Positions 14,422-28,660 are shown, counted from the stretch's first letter. The stretch is 64,000 bases of DNA from Antedon mediterranea (GCF_964355755.1 NC_092671.1:36156304-36220303); one strand, 5' to 3'. Notes: generated by a model from the letters alone, not told the origin. Numbers and translations are program-made.

Positions 14422-14556
14422 CTCGCCTTGCCAAGATAGGAACTCCTAACAGTCCTTTGATCTTATGTCTGGTTTCGACAACAGTGACTGTATATATTCT
14501 CCACGGCGTGGAAAAGGCGTGAAATGTCGCAACTACAGATAACCCCTTTGATCCCC
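14422..14556. repeat. Unclassified dispersed repeat (second copy ~41914-42066)
   Basis: CCTTGCCAA.ATAGGAACTC.TAACAGTCCTTTGATCTTATGTCTGG shared between the two sites. Confidence 0.75.
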
Positions 14557-15269
14557 GGAGCTCAGCATCCTGCTAGATTGCCTTGGTCAAAATATGCACG
14601 TATAAAAAGCATTGGGGCACGATTTGAAAAGTGGTGTTTACAAGGCGCAACTGTAAAATCAACAAAGAAGTGGAAGTTGATAACGGTTGCCAGAAGGGTT
14701 TTACAAAGTGTACAAAAAAATATATTAAGTTCCACTTATGGTCGGTATCATAGCAAGATGGCTAGACAGTGTGAAAGGTGGAAGAGTGGGTGGGATCACT
14801 TAAGTTCGTTATGTTTCTCTATTAACACTGACCTGGGAGAGTTTAAATAAGAGCTTTGCCAAGCTGATAATAATACGTTAATCTGGTATATGTGCAACTT
14901 AACATCTCTGATATGTTTAGCATGTCCGTGGATTTTATCATGAAGTTACAGACTTACGAAATACTTTATTTAAACGGTCGTTGACATTGTTATGGATTAT
15001 TGAAGTCGCCTTAAACTAATGCTTGTGTGTAGAGCTATAATACCAAATTAAAAGACGATATTATAGCAGGGAAGTTCACACTCTTCCCTGATTATAGTGT
15101 CTTCTGAAAATCAAAGATTGGCATGTACCAAGAATCCCATAATTAGTTAAATATATATAAATAAATAGGCCCTATATAAATTCCTAATATTTAGAAATAT
15201 GTCTAGGGACCATGAGGATTTTTTTGGTCTTTTAAATTGAAATTGTATATATTTATATATTTATTGCAC

Positions 15270-15360
15270 TTACACTAATGAAGGGCTAGTGTTGCCCGAT
15301 AGCTCTAACTTGTATGGCTGTTCACTTTATCGTTTTGGTTTAGCTTTTCGCTTTGTTTTG
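15270..15360 (+). mobile_element. Degenerate Penelope-like terminal repeat with hammerhead-like core
   Basis: CTAATGA-A-GGGC-tagtgtt-GCCC-GATA-GCTC; related copy at 10416-10562 (CTGATGA-A-GAAA-tagtgt-TTTCC-AAAA-GC); both followed by TGTATCT.CATTGAAATCCAG.CA. Confidence 0.4.
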
Positions 15361-16696
15361 TATCTCCATTGAAATCCAGTCACTGATACCCACAGAATTG
15401 TCATTATTTCAGTGCTTATTTTATTTTGTATCTCCATTGAGATCCAGCCACTGATACCCACAGCATTGTCATTTTTTCAGTGCTTAATTATTTTTGATCT
15501 CCATTGAGCCCCAGCCACTGATACCCACAGCATTGTCATTTTTCAGTGCTTAATTATTTTTGATCTCCATTGAGCCCCAGCCACTGATACCCACAGCATT
15601 GTCATTTTTTCAGTGCTTAATTATTTTTTATCTCCATTGAGCCCCAGCCACTGATACCCACAGCATTGTCATTATTTCAGTGCTTATTTATTTTGTATCA
15701 CCATTGATATCCAGCCACTGATACCCTCAGCATTGTCATTTTTTCAGTGCTTAATTATTTTTGATCTCCATTGAGCCCCAGCCACTGATACCCACAGCAT
15801 TGTCATTTTTTCAGTGCTTAATTATTTTTTATCTCCATTGAGCCCCAGCCACTGATACCCACAGCATTGTCATTATTTCAGTGCTTATTTATTTTGTATC
15901 ACCATTGATATCCAGCCACTGATACCCACAGCATTGTCATTTTTTCAGTGCTTATTTATTTTGTATCTCCATTGAGCCCCAGCCACTGATACCCACAGTA
16001 TTGTCATTATTTCAGTGCTTATTTATTTTGTATCTCCATTGATATCCAGCCACTGATACCCACAGCATTGTCATTTTTTCAGTGCTTATTTATTTTGTAT
16101 CTCAATTGAGATCCAGCCACTGATACCCACAGCATTGTCATTTTTTCAGTGCTTATTTTATTTTGTATCTCCATTGATATCCAGCTACTGATACCCACAG
16201 CATTGTCATTTTTTCAGTGCTTATTTTATTTTGTATCTCCATTGATATCCAGCCACTGATACCCACAGCATTGACATTTTTCAGTGCTTATTTTATTTTG
16301 TATCTCCATTGATATCCAGCCACTGATACCCACAGCATTGTCATTTTTTTCAGTGCTTATTTTATTTTGTATCTCCATTGATATCCAGCCACTGATACCC
16401 ACAGCATTGTCATTTTTTCAGTGCTTATCTTATTTGTATCTCCATTGATATCCGGCCACTGATACCCACAGCATTGTCATTTTTTCAGTGCTTATTTTAT
16501 TTTGTATCTCCATTGATATCCAGCCACTGATACCCACAGCATTGTCATTTTTTCAGTGCTTATTTTTTTTTGTATCTCCATTGATATCCGGCCACTGATA
16601 CCCACAGCATTGTCATTTTTTCAGTGCTTATTTTATTTTGTATCTCCATTGATATCCAGCCACTGATACCCTCAGCATTGCCTTTTTTTCAGTTAT
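15357..16696. repeat. [13 protein letters not shown], ~67-68-bp unit x ~20
   Basis: Unit TATCTCCATTGATATCCAGCCACTGATACCCACAGCATTGTCATTTTTTCAGTGCTTATTTTATTTTG, head-to-tail with no spacers. Confidence 0.95.
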
Positions 16697-18416
16697 TTGC
16701 CTTTGGATTTATATATTTATTTATATATTTTGTATCATAAATCGTGTATGTTTTTAATGAGTTGCAAATACATCAAATCAAAAGGGTGCAACAAAGCGTT
16801 TGGCATAAGTTATGACATTTTTCTAAACACAGTTTGGACGGATTTAATGTTAACGTTTGCCATCTTCATTTATATATGCATATCATTATACAATCTGTCA
16901 CCAATAGCATATAGATGTTATCTCAAACCTTAGGTTTAGAAACAAAAATATCTTATTAGGGCTTGTTTAATTATCATTCAGTTTTAGTGACTGAAAACCA
17001 TCATTATTATGTGTTGCTTTCAAATTTGTATAAACCATGCTTTATAGGTTACATTTGAAATATTGTTAAATTTTGTCTCGATCCTAGATCCTATAATAAT
17101 GGTAACAGTGTTTTCAACATTTTTACGGCTTATCCGGTCGGCGGTGTTTTCTTTTTCATGTTCTTTGCTTTTTTGTATTTTTGTAATATTTTTGCCAAAT
17201 ATAAATTTCATTTGTAAATTTCTCCACCCATATGCCTGCATATTATGCTTTCTGTTGTGTTTAATGTGGGTGAGGAAAAAAAAACACCAAAGTAATGTGA
17301 TCACATGACTAGTCACATTTTGTCTAATTTTATGCTAGACAATTCCTGAAAATCAATCAACTCTGTCACGTGGTTTTAATAAATACTTATTAACTATTAT
17401 ATTATTAATTTAAATCTAATGTACAGGAGGCCATCAAAGTCATATGATATTACGTCATGATGGTGCATATTTTAAAACTTGCAGACAGACGATTAGGCCC
17501 AGCCAATCAGATTGTCTCTTAGTAAGCGTTCTCCAAGAAACCATGCATGAAGTCAATTTATTAATAAACGGATTCATTTCAATAAAAAAGAAATTAAAAG
17601 GAGAAATTATATAGAAATGTAATGCATCTGTGGATAACCATTCACGTGATAATGTAAGAACAGAAAATAAATTAAATGGAATAATTTCATTCTTTGTTTC
17701 AACAATTTACATTAGTTTCAATCAATAGCCTAACCCACATCCAATATTAATTAGTTAGCCAATAGAAGTTGACGGGACTACTGTGTTGAATGATTCAAAA
17801 TTAATTTGATAAAAATGTTCCCATTCCATAGAATAAACAAACAGGGTTAATATTAGGCCTTCAAAACCGATTTTATCAAAATAATTTAATTCTTTACACG
17901 AACTGATAAATAAACATGATTTCTGGTCCTAACAGATATCACAAATTAGTCGATTGCAATGTCATAAAATTTAGTTCAAATACAAAATGTTGATGATTTT
18001 AAAAGATAACAGTAACATTTTAAGGCTTTAGAGCATGAAGATTTTAATTACACAAACGTTGAGCAAGGAAATATAATTAAACATTTAGTTTAAGCCTTAA
18101 TTAAAAACAGAAACAGGCGTTAATTATTAATTTAATTTTAATTTTCCAACTTGTAACATATGCGTTCCAGCGCCCACAAGTTCCGAACACTTTCTTCATA
18201 AATTGGGAGTACGATTGCCTTTATATAGCATCGGTTTTAGGAGTGGGATAAGTTTAATCAGGAATTTATAAGTATTAAGTAAGTATTAAAAGTATTTTGT
18301 AATTAATTTTCGAAACACATTAAAACCAGATCTCTGTGGCGATCGTGGTTTCTGTTCAACAGTTTACATGTATAAAGTACGACTAATTCTCAAATGATGT
18401 TTATAAAGAAAGAAGA

Positions 18417-18772
18417 AGATGATGATAATGACGACGACGACGACGATGGTGATGATGATGTAGATAATGATGATGAAAATGATGATTATGATGATAATGT
18501 TGAAAATGATGATGACGATGAAGAAAATGATGATGATGACGATGATGATGAAGACGAAGATGAAAATGATGATAATGATGACGATGATGAAAATGATGAT
18601 GACGATGATGATAGTGATGATGACGAGGATGAAAATGTTGATGATGATGACAATGATAATGATGTTGATGATAATGATGTTGATAATGATGATGAAAATT
18701 ATAATGATGATGATGATGATGATGATGACGATGATGATGACGATGATGTTGATGATGAAAATGACGATGCTC

Positions 18773-18818
<46 letters not shown>

Positions 18819-19595
18819 GCGGCCGAGCGGTTAAGACAGTGGAACCGTAATTACGTAGCCATAACATCGGCAGGGGTTCGAGGCTCACTCACTCCATGGT
18901 TCTGGTGATAGAACGAGTCTTCTCGGATAAGGACTATAAATCGTAGGTCCAGTGTACACATCTAGCTCGTGTGCACTTTAAAGAACCTAGTACATCTTTC
19001 GAGACGAGTATCGGGTTACCCCGGTGTATTAGTACATCACAGCCACTGATCACCAACTGGGCCCTCTGGGAGACCAGTCTTTGACTGAAGAGGTTACCCA
19101 GTATAAATATATATTTCAATCAATCAATGATAATGATGATGATGATGACGACGATAATGATGATGATGTTGATAATGATGATGAAAATGATGATTTATAT
19201 GATGATAATGTTGAAAATGATGATGACGATGAAGAAAATGATGATGATGACGATCATGATGAAGATAATGATGATGACGAGGATGAAAATGATGATAATG
19301 ATGACGATGATGAAAATGATGATGACGATGATGATAGTGATGATGACGAGGATGAAAATGATGATGACAATGATAAGGATGTTGATAATGATGATGAAAG
19401 TGATGATGATGATGACGATGATGTTGATGATGAAAATGACGATGTTCATGATGATGATGATGATGATAATGTTGATAATGATGATGATAATGTTGATGAT
19501 GATGATAATGATAATGATGATAATGATGATGGTAATGATGATGATGATGATGATGATGGTAATGACGACGATGATGATGATGGTAATGATGATGA
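18417..19595. repeat. Degenerate (GAT)n microsatellite in two related blocks flanking a SINE
   Basis: GAT/GAC/AAT/GAA triplets at 18417-18816 and 19128-19595; both blocks share the same variant order. Confidence 0.95.
18816..19128 (+). mobile_element. tRNA-derived SINE with Deu/Nin central domain
   Basis: A-box-like GGCCGAGCGG, B-box-like GGTTCGAGGC; central GGATAAGGACTATAAA.CGTAGGTCC...TTAAAGAACC...TTTCGAGACGAGTA..GGGTTACCCCGGTGT resembles the DeuSINE/AmnSINE1 core; (TCAA)n tail; second copy at 58166. Confidence 0.8.
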
Positions 19596-20862
19596 ATTCA
19601 TACAAAGACCATGTTGCGAGTGGGCATGATGGGTCCACGTGCCATACACAAGGTATAAAATAAAGCCTGAAAAGAAAGTTCCTAATGTGTTAGGGTGTGA
19701 ACCAACGTAATATATATAAATGCAATTTCAGGGTAACATTATCAGATTAATGTTAATTAAGGTTCTTTTAAAATCAATGACGATAACAAATACATTGTCA
19801 CTTTTCGGAGTCTAAATTATGATTTATTTTACTCCGAGTCTAAAAATATAAAAAAAGTTACATTTTTATGAATTAATGTTCCAACTTTTAGAAAATGAAA
19901 TTACATTTTATGACATTTCTGTCACAATTGATTTAAGGACAAATTGATGTGACTATCAAGCGACATTCATCTGTGACAAAGGTATTATCACTTCTTTCAT
20001 CTGCATTTTATGCATTACCTCATTCGGTTAAAAAATCCTAATAATTGTTTAAATGTGCATTAAAAACATACATACCGATGTGTTTGACAAACACAACATT
20101 AAGATAAACAGAGGAATGTTGACATGCTGTATAACATTCATTAATGTACAGAAATAATGTTACAATGGTCACTCGGCAGCGCTTGGATATGCTAAACAGA
20201 CGGGTTTGAACAGTTTCTTTATCAAACCTATTTATAGATCGACAGGAAACTTGGCAATTTCATAATTGAGCAAATTATTTTATTATTTCTCAAGTGTTAT
20301 TATAGACTAATTATGTTTCTGTGTCTTTTTATAAGTTGTATGTTATGATGCGTTACCATGACGACCTATGAAATACGTCATTAATAACTAAACAACAACA
20401 TAAATATAGAAGCAAGTTCTAAATTAGGACGTTTGACGAGAAGCTAATCCAGTTGTTGAAAGACAATAATATTGAACACGACAAAACTGACAATGTTTGT
20501 CAAATAATTCATCAGAACTCTTAAAACCCGACTGAAGACTTTTATTTTCAAAAAAAACTTTCTCATTTCTAACAATGTTCCTATTTCCTCGTTTACTTTA
20601 ATATATGTCAGTACAGCGCACTGATAATCTTCTTTTTTATCTTAATATTTGCTGTAACCAGTTGTCACAGTTTCATTTTTATCTTTTTTTCTGCATAATT
20701 GATGGATTATATATCAATATTCAAGCAAGTACAAATTAATAAATAAACAGTAATTTCATATTCCCTTAAAACATTGTTTCTTCTTTGAATATGTAATAGT
20801 TGCATTTGATGTCTCTGTTACTTAAAAGTAGGGCCTATTTGTTTGCTTTTACTACTGCTTTA

Positions 20863-21023
20863 AGCTCTGTCCACACTATCAAACTTTATGTGACAAAAAA
20901 ATGTGATGTGCCCATATATGGACATGATGATGTCATATCACTACCATATTTAGGTATATCGCTAGCAGATTTGGGCACATCATACTGTTTTTGTCAAACT
21001 GGTTGGATAGTGTAGACAGAGCT
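20863..21023. mobile_element. Family A MITE
   Basis: Full-length; TSD TTA/TTA. Confidence 0.85.
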
Positions 21024-21726
21024 TTAGGTATACTATAAAATATCATTCAACCGAGACTGCAAATGTTATGCATTCTATGCATAAGCTTTTGAGATTGATC
21101 ATTTAACTTTGACTGTTATAATGTGTATACTCTAATAGAGATATGACGTGGGTTTTTAGGGCAAATTTGGCAAAGGTATTAAAAAACTAAAATTGTAACA
21201 ATCACCGTTTTACCTCAGTAGCGTGTGTGTACCAAAGTAAAATTAACATGATCGCTAATCAAGTCACAGCGAGCAGCAGCGAGTGATAAGTTTGGCATGC
21301 GATTGACTCATGGGAAAGCTACTTTAAAGATCAAACATCTCGAAATAAATTGTGATTATTAAATAATTTGACAAGTGTTCTGCTACCGGGCTTTACAGTC
21401 TGCTCCTCGTCGTACAGTTAACGATTTTAGCGCGCGCTGCTCGTTGTGATTGTAGCCTGCAAACCACTGTAACACGTGTTGCATTCATTTTCCTAAACTT
21501 TCACTTTGAGTTGATTAACACCAGATAATAACAAGCTTAACTTCGAACTTAAAGTCGTTTTAATACGGCATTAGTTCTGATCATTCTGATCGTGCTTATT
21601 AATAATAGTAAAGAAAAATAAACATGAAATGGATTAAACATCACATTTTCTGCGCAATTTGACCTTTATTTTTTTTTTAGTGGGAATCGACCTCTACTCC
21701 ATATTGTCTAGGCGGTACTTTACGTT

Positions 21727-21990
21727 TTGCTCTTCTTTGAGTACGGTATTGCTCCTCTTTTAGTACGGTATTGCTCCTCTTTTAGTACGGTATTGCTCCT
21801 CTTTTAGTACGGTATTGCTCCTCTTTTAGTACGGTATTGCTCCTATTTGAGTACGGTATTGCTCCTCTTTTAGTACGGTATTGCTCCTCTTTGAGTACGG
21901 TATTGCTCCTCTTTTAGTACGGTATTGCTCCTCTTTGAGTACGGTATTGCTCCTCTTTGAGTACGGTATTGCTCCTATTTGAGTACGGTA
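21727..21990. repeat. [13 protein letters not shown], 22-bp unit x ~12
   Basis: Unit GAGTACGGTATTGCTCCTCTTT. Confidence 0.95.
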
Positions 21991-24368
21991 ACGTGCCGTT
22001 TTTGGGTTCATATTAATGCAAAATATTTGACCATTGCAACATAATTTTACCATTGCAACATCTTACATATCTACAACTCATTAGCTTCTATATTGTAAAT
22101 TAAGTTATGTTAGAAAGTTTCTCTGTAGGCCTACGTTCGACCTAATAACACTTGGCCATACTTGGTCATTAGCTAGTTCTCCATGGGTTATAGCTGGGAG
22201 TAGCTAATACAATGACTTTGTTAATTGCTATATCACTGAATCACAAGATAGATGATTGAGATCCCATAGGCCTATCTATCGGGCCATTGGCTATGAAACA
22301 GAGTTGTCACAGCAGTGCTAGGATGCTAGTGTTTAGAAAGATAGAGAGGTCAGGCCTTTCATCAAGGCACCGATTACAATCATCCCTTGTGCTTCAGTAA
22401 TCTATCAGCCAACATGACCTAGCAATTAGATAAACTAACACTTTTAAAATGTCCACGATACTAATACGAAAGTGACCCAAAATTTGGTCCCTGGAACTTT
22501 TTATTTCACCCTGGATATTCTTCACCCATTGAGTTGTAGCACCCCCGTGGGTAATAATCGGAACGTACATTTTAAAAGACATTTTGAAAATTATCTATGT
22601 AGGTCATTGTCTATAGTACAATTTTATATTACATTTATTCATGAAAAGAACAATTAATGACAGGTATATAGAGAATCTCTTGGGAATGGAATCTATGCCA
22701 TAAAACTATATTGACAGGTTGTATGGCATGAACCAGTTACCTTGATTTGGAAGGTTAACACCTGTTGAACCATGGAAAACTACCTGTATCATTATCCAGA
22801 ACTTTTTAGTGGTCCACACTTTAAAAAAGGAGCAAACAATTGTAGGCCTATACCAGGACGGAAAATATTCAAAATATCGGCAAACTTTCGCAAATATCGG
22901 GAGAGTTTGGAGGTGATTGCATAATTTCTTATAATATGTTGTTGGTATAGATATGAAAGCAGCAGCATTTAGAAACAATAAATTCCTTATTAAAAGAAAA
23001 TGAAAACACAGTTTCAAGAAAAAATGGAATTTTACAAAAAGAAAACAAAATCAGAAGACTGAAAAAAATGTCACAGATGAAATAACAGTATGGTAATCAT
23101 CATAATTGGAGAAAAAACTACTGTTTTTGGATCTGAATCGGGAAATACGTCACTTTGATAATAAGTTGACGTAACTACAGAAGCTCGTTCTCAGAAGCTG
23201 TTCGCTAGCGTCGTCACTGAAGTTTTTTTTTACAATAAGTACCCATGCCAAATTCACCCCACGCTTATAATTACTGGCAATAGTACAGCTTGGAAGAAGG
23301 GGCTGCTTCAGTCTAAATTAAAACATCATTGCGTGATCTTAATGAATACATCATGATCAGTATAGGCTAACACGTTTAGAATAAACTCAATCCATTTTAT
23401 TCAAAGTTTTAACTTTACAAATCGAAGACACTGGATGCGATATGCATCTGGATGATGAGCATTGCAGTTCTTAGAAATTCAGATTTTTCTTATCAAAATT
23501 GAAACTAAACTTTCCACAATGATCAACCTGTTACATGTCATGAATGACCTCTGACGGTAAGACCCTCAGACCCGAGGTCATAGTGCGATATGTAAGTATA
23601 TTCTGAAAGCGAGGTTTGACAAATAAATATGTATTTAGGCCTTATAATCTATCAAGTTTTGCTAATTGTTTTATTGCTAGGCCTTGAAAATTGGTATTAG
23701 GGGCCTTCATTATAATACGCATTGGCAGACAGGTAATGTTAACGTCTGTTTGAATTGTGACCCAACTTCAGTCACCTGTTGAAACTGGCTTAAGCCTCCT
23801 GACTAAGTTGATGACAAATCACGTCAGTCACTCAATCAAAACCACCAGTTTTGTCAAACTATGCTTATGATTCATCTTTCGTTTCTTATCGATTAATATG
23901 GTCAAAATGTTCCCGGGAAACAAGAAACAGACAACCCACCCCTCCACTACACTACATTGACAACGGTACTCGAAGATTTACAATGACCACAACAATGATT
24001 TATCTTTGATCTGAATCAATATACGCTTGGATTCACCTTAATCTTCCATATCGAAAACAATGTTTTAAGGAGGAGGATTTAATTAAATATTTCCTTAGTT
24101 TAAGATAACAACGCTCATCTTCGGATGTTTGTTTTAGAAAAGGATAGATACATCATTATAATAATATTAAATTAATGATATTATACCTGTTGTTCCAAAA
24201 TGATAACCTATTTCTGCATAATCTTGATTCATAGAAAATTATATCATTAAGTATTTTAACAGTGTATGAGTTCAGAGAAACAATTATATAATGATAGACT
24301 ATCAAAGAAGGAACCTTTTCTTCTTTCGCTAAGCAAATACAACTTTGGTCATTAAGATGAAAGATAGT

Positions 24369-24600
24369 CGAAGATTTACAATGATCACAAAAATGATTTA
24401 TCTTTGATCTGAATCAAGATATTAGAAGATTTACAATGATCACAGCAATGATTTATCTTTGATCTGAATCAAGATACCCGAAGATTTACAATGATCACAA
24501 CAATCTTTGATCTGAATCAAGATATTCGAAGATTTACAATGATCACAACAATGATTTATCTTTGATCTGAATCAAGATACTCGAAGATTTACAATGATCA
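24369..24600. repeat. [13 protein letters not shown], ~55-bp unit x ~4.5 (solo unit at 23971-24023)
   Basis: Unit CGAAGATTTACAATGATCACAACAATGATTTATCTTTGATCTGAATCAAGATACT. Confidence 0.9.
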
Positions 24601-25551
24601 CTCGTTCGTCTTAAGGGTTTTAGAAACAATTTTTTAAATGTACTGATAAATCACTCCACTCATTGAAATCCTACCCAAACCCAATCAGCATCATGATAAA
24701 AACAAATGTCTTGCTGAAAAAATACATGCACAATTATACAAAATACTTGTACATAGTACAATGTACTTTCTATCGTTATGGAATCTATATTGATTTGTTC
24801 AAACTGTTCTTTCTTTCTTGCTTCTAGAGAGACATGGCAACGATCCAATACAATGTTTCCGAACGTTTAACCCAGAAATTAGTAACATAATGATATACAA
24901 ATTTGTTAATACCTAAGCTTATGAACAGTTTTACTAGGAATTAATAAAGCGAAGATTGATTAATTATAAATAAACAAATAAATAGATAATTACTGATACA
25001 TATAAATGTCACAAACTAAAAATGCGCGTTAACAATTAAAAAATCTATTTTTGTTGACGACTTGATCTATTTTAGGTATTCAGAAAGTTAAATGGGACTT
25101 TGCCAACTTATATCCACAATTACGCCTTGATATTTAAATATAATTTAATTTGGTTGATTAAAAATAGATATTTTAATGCGGTTAAAGAAATTTTAATAGA
25201 TGTGCACACACTATTTTAGCTGTTAATCGTTTGTTTTTGGTAACAAATAAAAACTGCTTTATCGTCTAGGCCTAATAGATAAATCAACACGAAAAGACAT
25301 GCTGAAAGTTATGATTTTTATAGGGTTATTTCACGTGCGCGTATATTTGTGTTGCACATGAACACTTTAGTTACGCAAGTATGATTTTTCTTACAAATAC
25401 AATTATATGTGAAATAGGCCTACTGACACACAAAAAAGCAATGTTTTGAAACTGTCATTCAAAAAATAATTAAAACAAAACGAAATTACCGTCATCCTAT
25501 TGTAACGCCTATTGTTCATTCATTTGTCTAGATTTTCTTTTTATAGCATAA

Positions 25552-25709
25552 AGCTCTGTCTACACTATCAAACCTTATGTGACAAACAAATAGGATATGC
25601 CCATAGATATGACGATGTCATATCACTACCATAATTGGGAATACAACTACCAAATATTTGAACACATGCTATTTTTTTGTCAAACTAGTTTGATAGTGTA
25701 GACAGAGAT
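25552..25709. mobile_element. Family A MITE
   Basis: Full-length copy. Confidence 0.85.
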
Positions 25710-26241
25710 TTAGGGTGGTCTTCCTATAGCATGCTTCTGAACCTCCCAACAAACACTCCCTTAGCGTGGGATTCACATTAATCTTTCACATCGAAGACAA
25801 TATTTGAAGGAGGAGTATATAATTAAACATTTATAGTTTAAGATAACAACGCTCATCTTCGGATGTTTGTTCTTAGAAAGTGATAGATCTTCATTATGAT
25901 AATATATCTGTTGTTCCAAAATGATAACCTAGTTCTGCATAATCTTGATTCATAGAAAATTATATCAAATTAAGTATAGTGCCTTTCACAGTGCACGAGT
26001 TCAGAGAAACAATTATATTATGATTGACAATCAAACGAGAATATAGAAAGAATAAGAACATACAACTTTGATCATTAAGACGAATGATAATTGGAAGTCT
26101 TAACAAACACAGATAAAAACTACAGAAGTATTTTTAGGCTTACCAGCAAACTAAAGCATCATAATTATATAGGTATATTCAATAATTCAACATTCAAATT
26201 CATTTCAAATAATTTAAGAAAACCGATATAATTCGGCCTAA

Positions 26242-26338
26242 AGCTCTGTCTACACTATTACATTTTATATCACTACCATAATTTGGGCACATCACACTTT
26301 TTTTTGTCAAACTAGTTTGATAGTGTAGACAGCAGGCT
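26242..26338. mobile_element. Family A MITE, internally deleted
   Basis: Both TIRs with shortened body. Confidence 0.8.
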
Positions 26339-28562
26339 TTAGTAACACCATTTTACGACAAATATATACACTTGTTACACCGCACTCAGTAACTTTGCTA
26401 CAATGTATTAACATTTCTCGGATGTGAACATCTCAACCACGTGATTTCCGTAACGTTACATTTTGAACAAAAGATGACATTCATACAATTACAAAGACAA
26501 GATAGTAATACTTTGAAGGGTGTGTAAAGGTCATGAAATTGTAATGTCAACGAACGCACTTCAATGACGTAGCAAAAACTTATTGGTTTGCTTCTACTCC
26601 ATGTCTGCACACACAAATTATTAAAAGATTATTGCAGAAACGGATTGTTTTGAAATTTGGAAATAGTACGCAGTTATATTATTGTATAACAATAGAATAG
26701 TATAACTTACCGATAAATGTGACGTCACGAAACGATCATAAAGGACTATAGAGTGCAGTGCGTGGGCCGTAACAAGTTGTCACCGAAGAGATGGTGTTAG
26801 ATACTGCAAAGATAAATTAATGAAAATAGGCCTAGAATATAGATTACGTGTATAATACGGTATCGATCTATATAAATATACATTTACATTCGATGACATA
26901 TACTAGGTTAAAGTTAGTGCGTGGAGTTATTTTAATTCGTATTGGATGTAAATCTTTAATACACGTTGTCATATTTAGAAACCAGAAATTCAAAAATAAC
27001 TTCACAAGTGAAAGTAAGTTATTATAATTATCTCTAAAAGGGCTATTCTAATAATTATGTTCACCGCATTATCTAATTTGTAATGGTTCTTGGGAATTTG
27101 GTTGCCTGCTGCTGGGTCAATCTTATAGTATGCTTTAAATAAATATAGTTGGTGGCTAGATCGCGTGTAAAGAACGAATATACTTCCATACTCCGTAGAT
27201 CTTATTATAGATTATATATAGATTACGGTATATTTAATCTATATGGTGTACGATGTTTGAACGAACATGAAATTGGTGGTACATAGGCCTACATAGTACA
27301 TTTCTGTGCGCCATTTTAACTAAAAACTAGCTTGCTACTATAGCGTATTACGTAACTGTCAGACCTTGTGTGAACGGCTACTTAAGTTCCGCTACATACT
27401 GACGGATACATCTCAACAGTATTTTGTAGCTACTACTAAATGCCTACTTACACAGACGAGAGGTAATATTTAATAACAATATATAATCTATGTTATTCCT
27501 TATGACCATTTACACGAAATGCGGAGCGGACGGGCGGGTTCAACTCAGGATAGATACAGACTCTATGTGAGACAATCTACTCCGTTTTCCGCTTACCGTT
27601 ACCGCTCGTCAAAATGTAAATAGATAGATGGATGGATAGTGTGTATAAATATAATGTACCAGAATGCAATGAAATTTATAAATAAATTAGGAAGCTCCAC
27701 CAGAAGATAATGACGAACAATAAATCAATGGTACCTTCGATTATGCAAAATCATTTCTATTCTGAACTTTACAATGAACTTTTAACAAGTTATGTTAAAA
27801 ACAGTATGTTTATTAATAATCTGTTACATGGTCATTTGACCATTCATTCCTAGAATGACGATAATTATTGTTTTAGGTTATTCAACTCGGAGCATCAGTG
27901 GTAAACCTCGTGTCGTTATAGATAATGACAACCCGTCTCATTAGTGACACTTCTGGAAATTAGCCGAAATACTTATCAACACAAAACCTGGTTAAAATTA
28001 TGATAATAAGAACATGCTGTATATAATGTTCCATAAAACATCATTTATTGGATTTTTTTGTAATCGGATACGCCAACACACTCGGCAAATAATTAAAAAG
28101 AAAAAACCTAACATTTTATTAAAAACGAATTGCTGTCCTGTGTTTAAAAATAGATTGAAATTCTGTCAGTTAGCTTAATTGGTCCAGTGAAATTGTTTGT
28201 TACTTAGCTTAGAATGCGGAAGTGATAAGTTGTAATTTACCAACATTACAAAACAATATTTAAACGTGTATTACCAGGTACGATGTCTTTGTTATGGCTG
28301 TATTGCCGCAAGTCAATGCACTTAATATGAGTAATGCATTTTGTTTTAAAGTTGAGAAGTCCGGGATACAAAAAAACCACAAATATCACTTAATAAAAGT
28401 TGTAGCGGTCAATAATAGAATGGCCGACCCAGACAGTTAGCACCGTTATGTACTTATTGACATCAAGACAGAGTGTCAATTCAATTTATTTACGTTTAAT
28501 CCAGATCTTTAAAAACCCACAACAATAGAATGGAATTTCAGAGAAAATTAAGTTTTTCTAAT

Positions 28563-28660
28563 GATAGAGGGCGCTGATGATACTCGATCGATTTAATTAA
28601 CTATGCTGTGGTGACTTTCGCTATAAAAGACGATTTGGTTTATTTTGTCAAATCAAGTGG
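28563..28660 (+). promoter_or_regulatory. Putative CLCA core promoter (TATA box 28622-28628; CTCF-like site 28563-28576)
   Basis: gcTATAAAAga ~140 bp upstream of the ATG; gatagagggcgctg resembles the CTCF core. Confidence 0.45.

Larger units (their letters stand above)
24024..26100. repeat. Direct duplication of ~340 bp (24024-24368 and 25764-26100)
   Basis: Shared TAGTTTAAGATAACAACGCTCATCTTCGGATGTTTGTT...CTGTTGTTCCAAAATGATAACCTA...GAGTTCAGAGAAACAATTATAT. Confidence 0.85.

Noticed and set aside
15357-16696. Regular array resembling CRISPR
   Set aside because: Head-to-tail units with no unique spacers, no cas genes, eukaryotic context. The same applies to 21727-21990, 24369-24600 and 36357-36856.
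18364-19663. Poly-Asp, poly-Met and poly-Ile ORFs, superficially like acidic biomineralisation proteins
   Set aside because: They are frames of a (GAT)n microsatellite that stay open by construction; there is no signal peptide or convincing splice context, and a SINE interrupts the array.
5400-28500. Short ORFs such as 6546-6797, 8350-8631, 11297-11623, 14524-14850 and 22706-23017 as exons of a hidden gene
   Set aside because: No recognisable domain and no chain of phase-compatible splice sites found; a diverged or non-coding gene cannot be excluded without RNA data.
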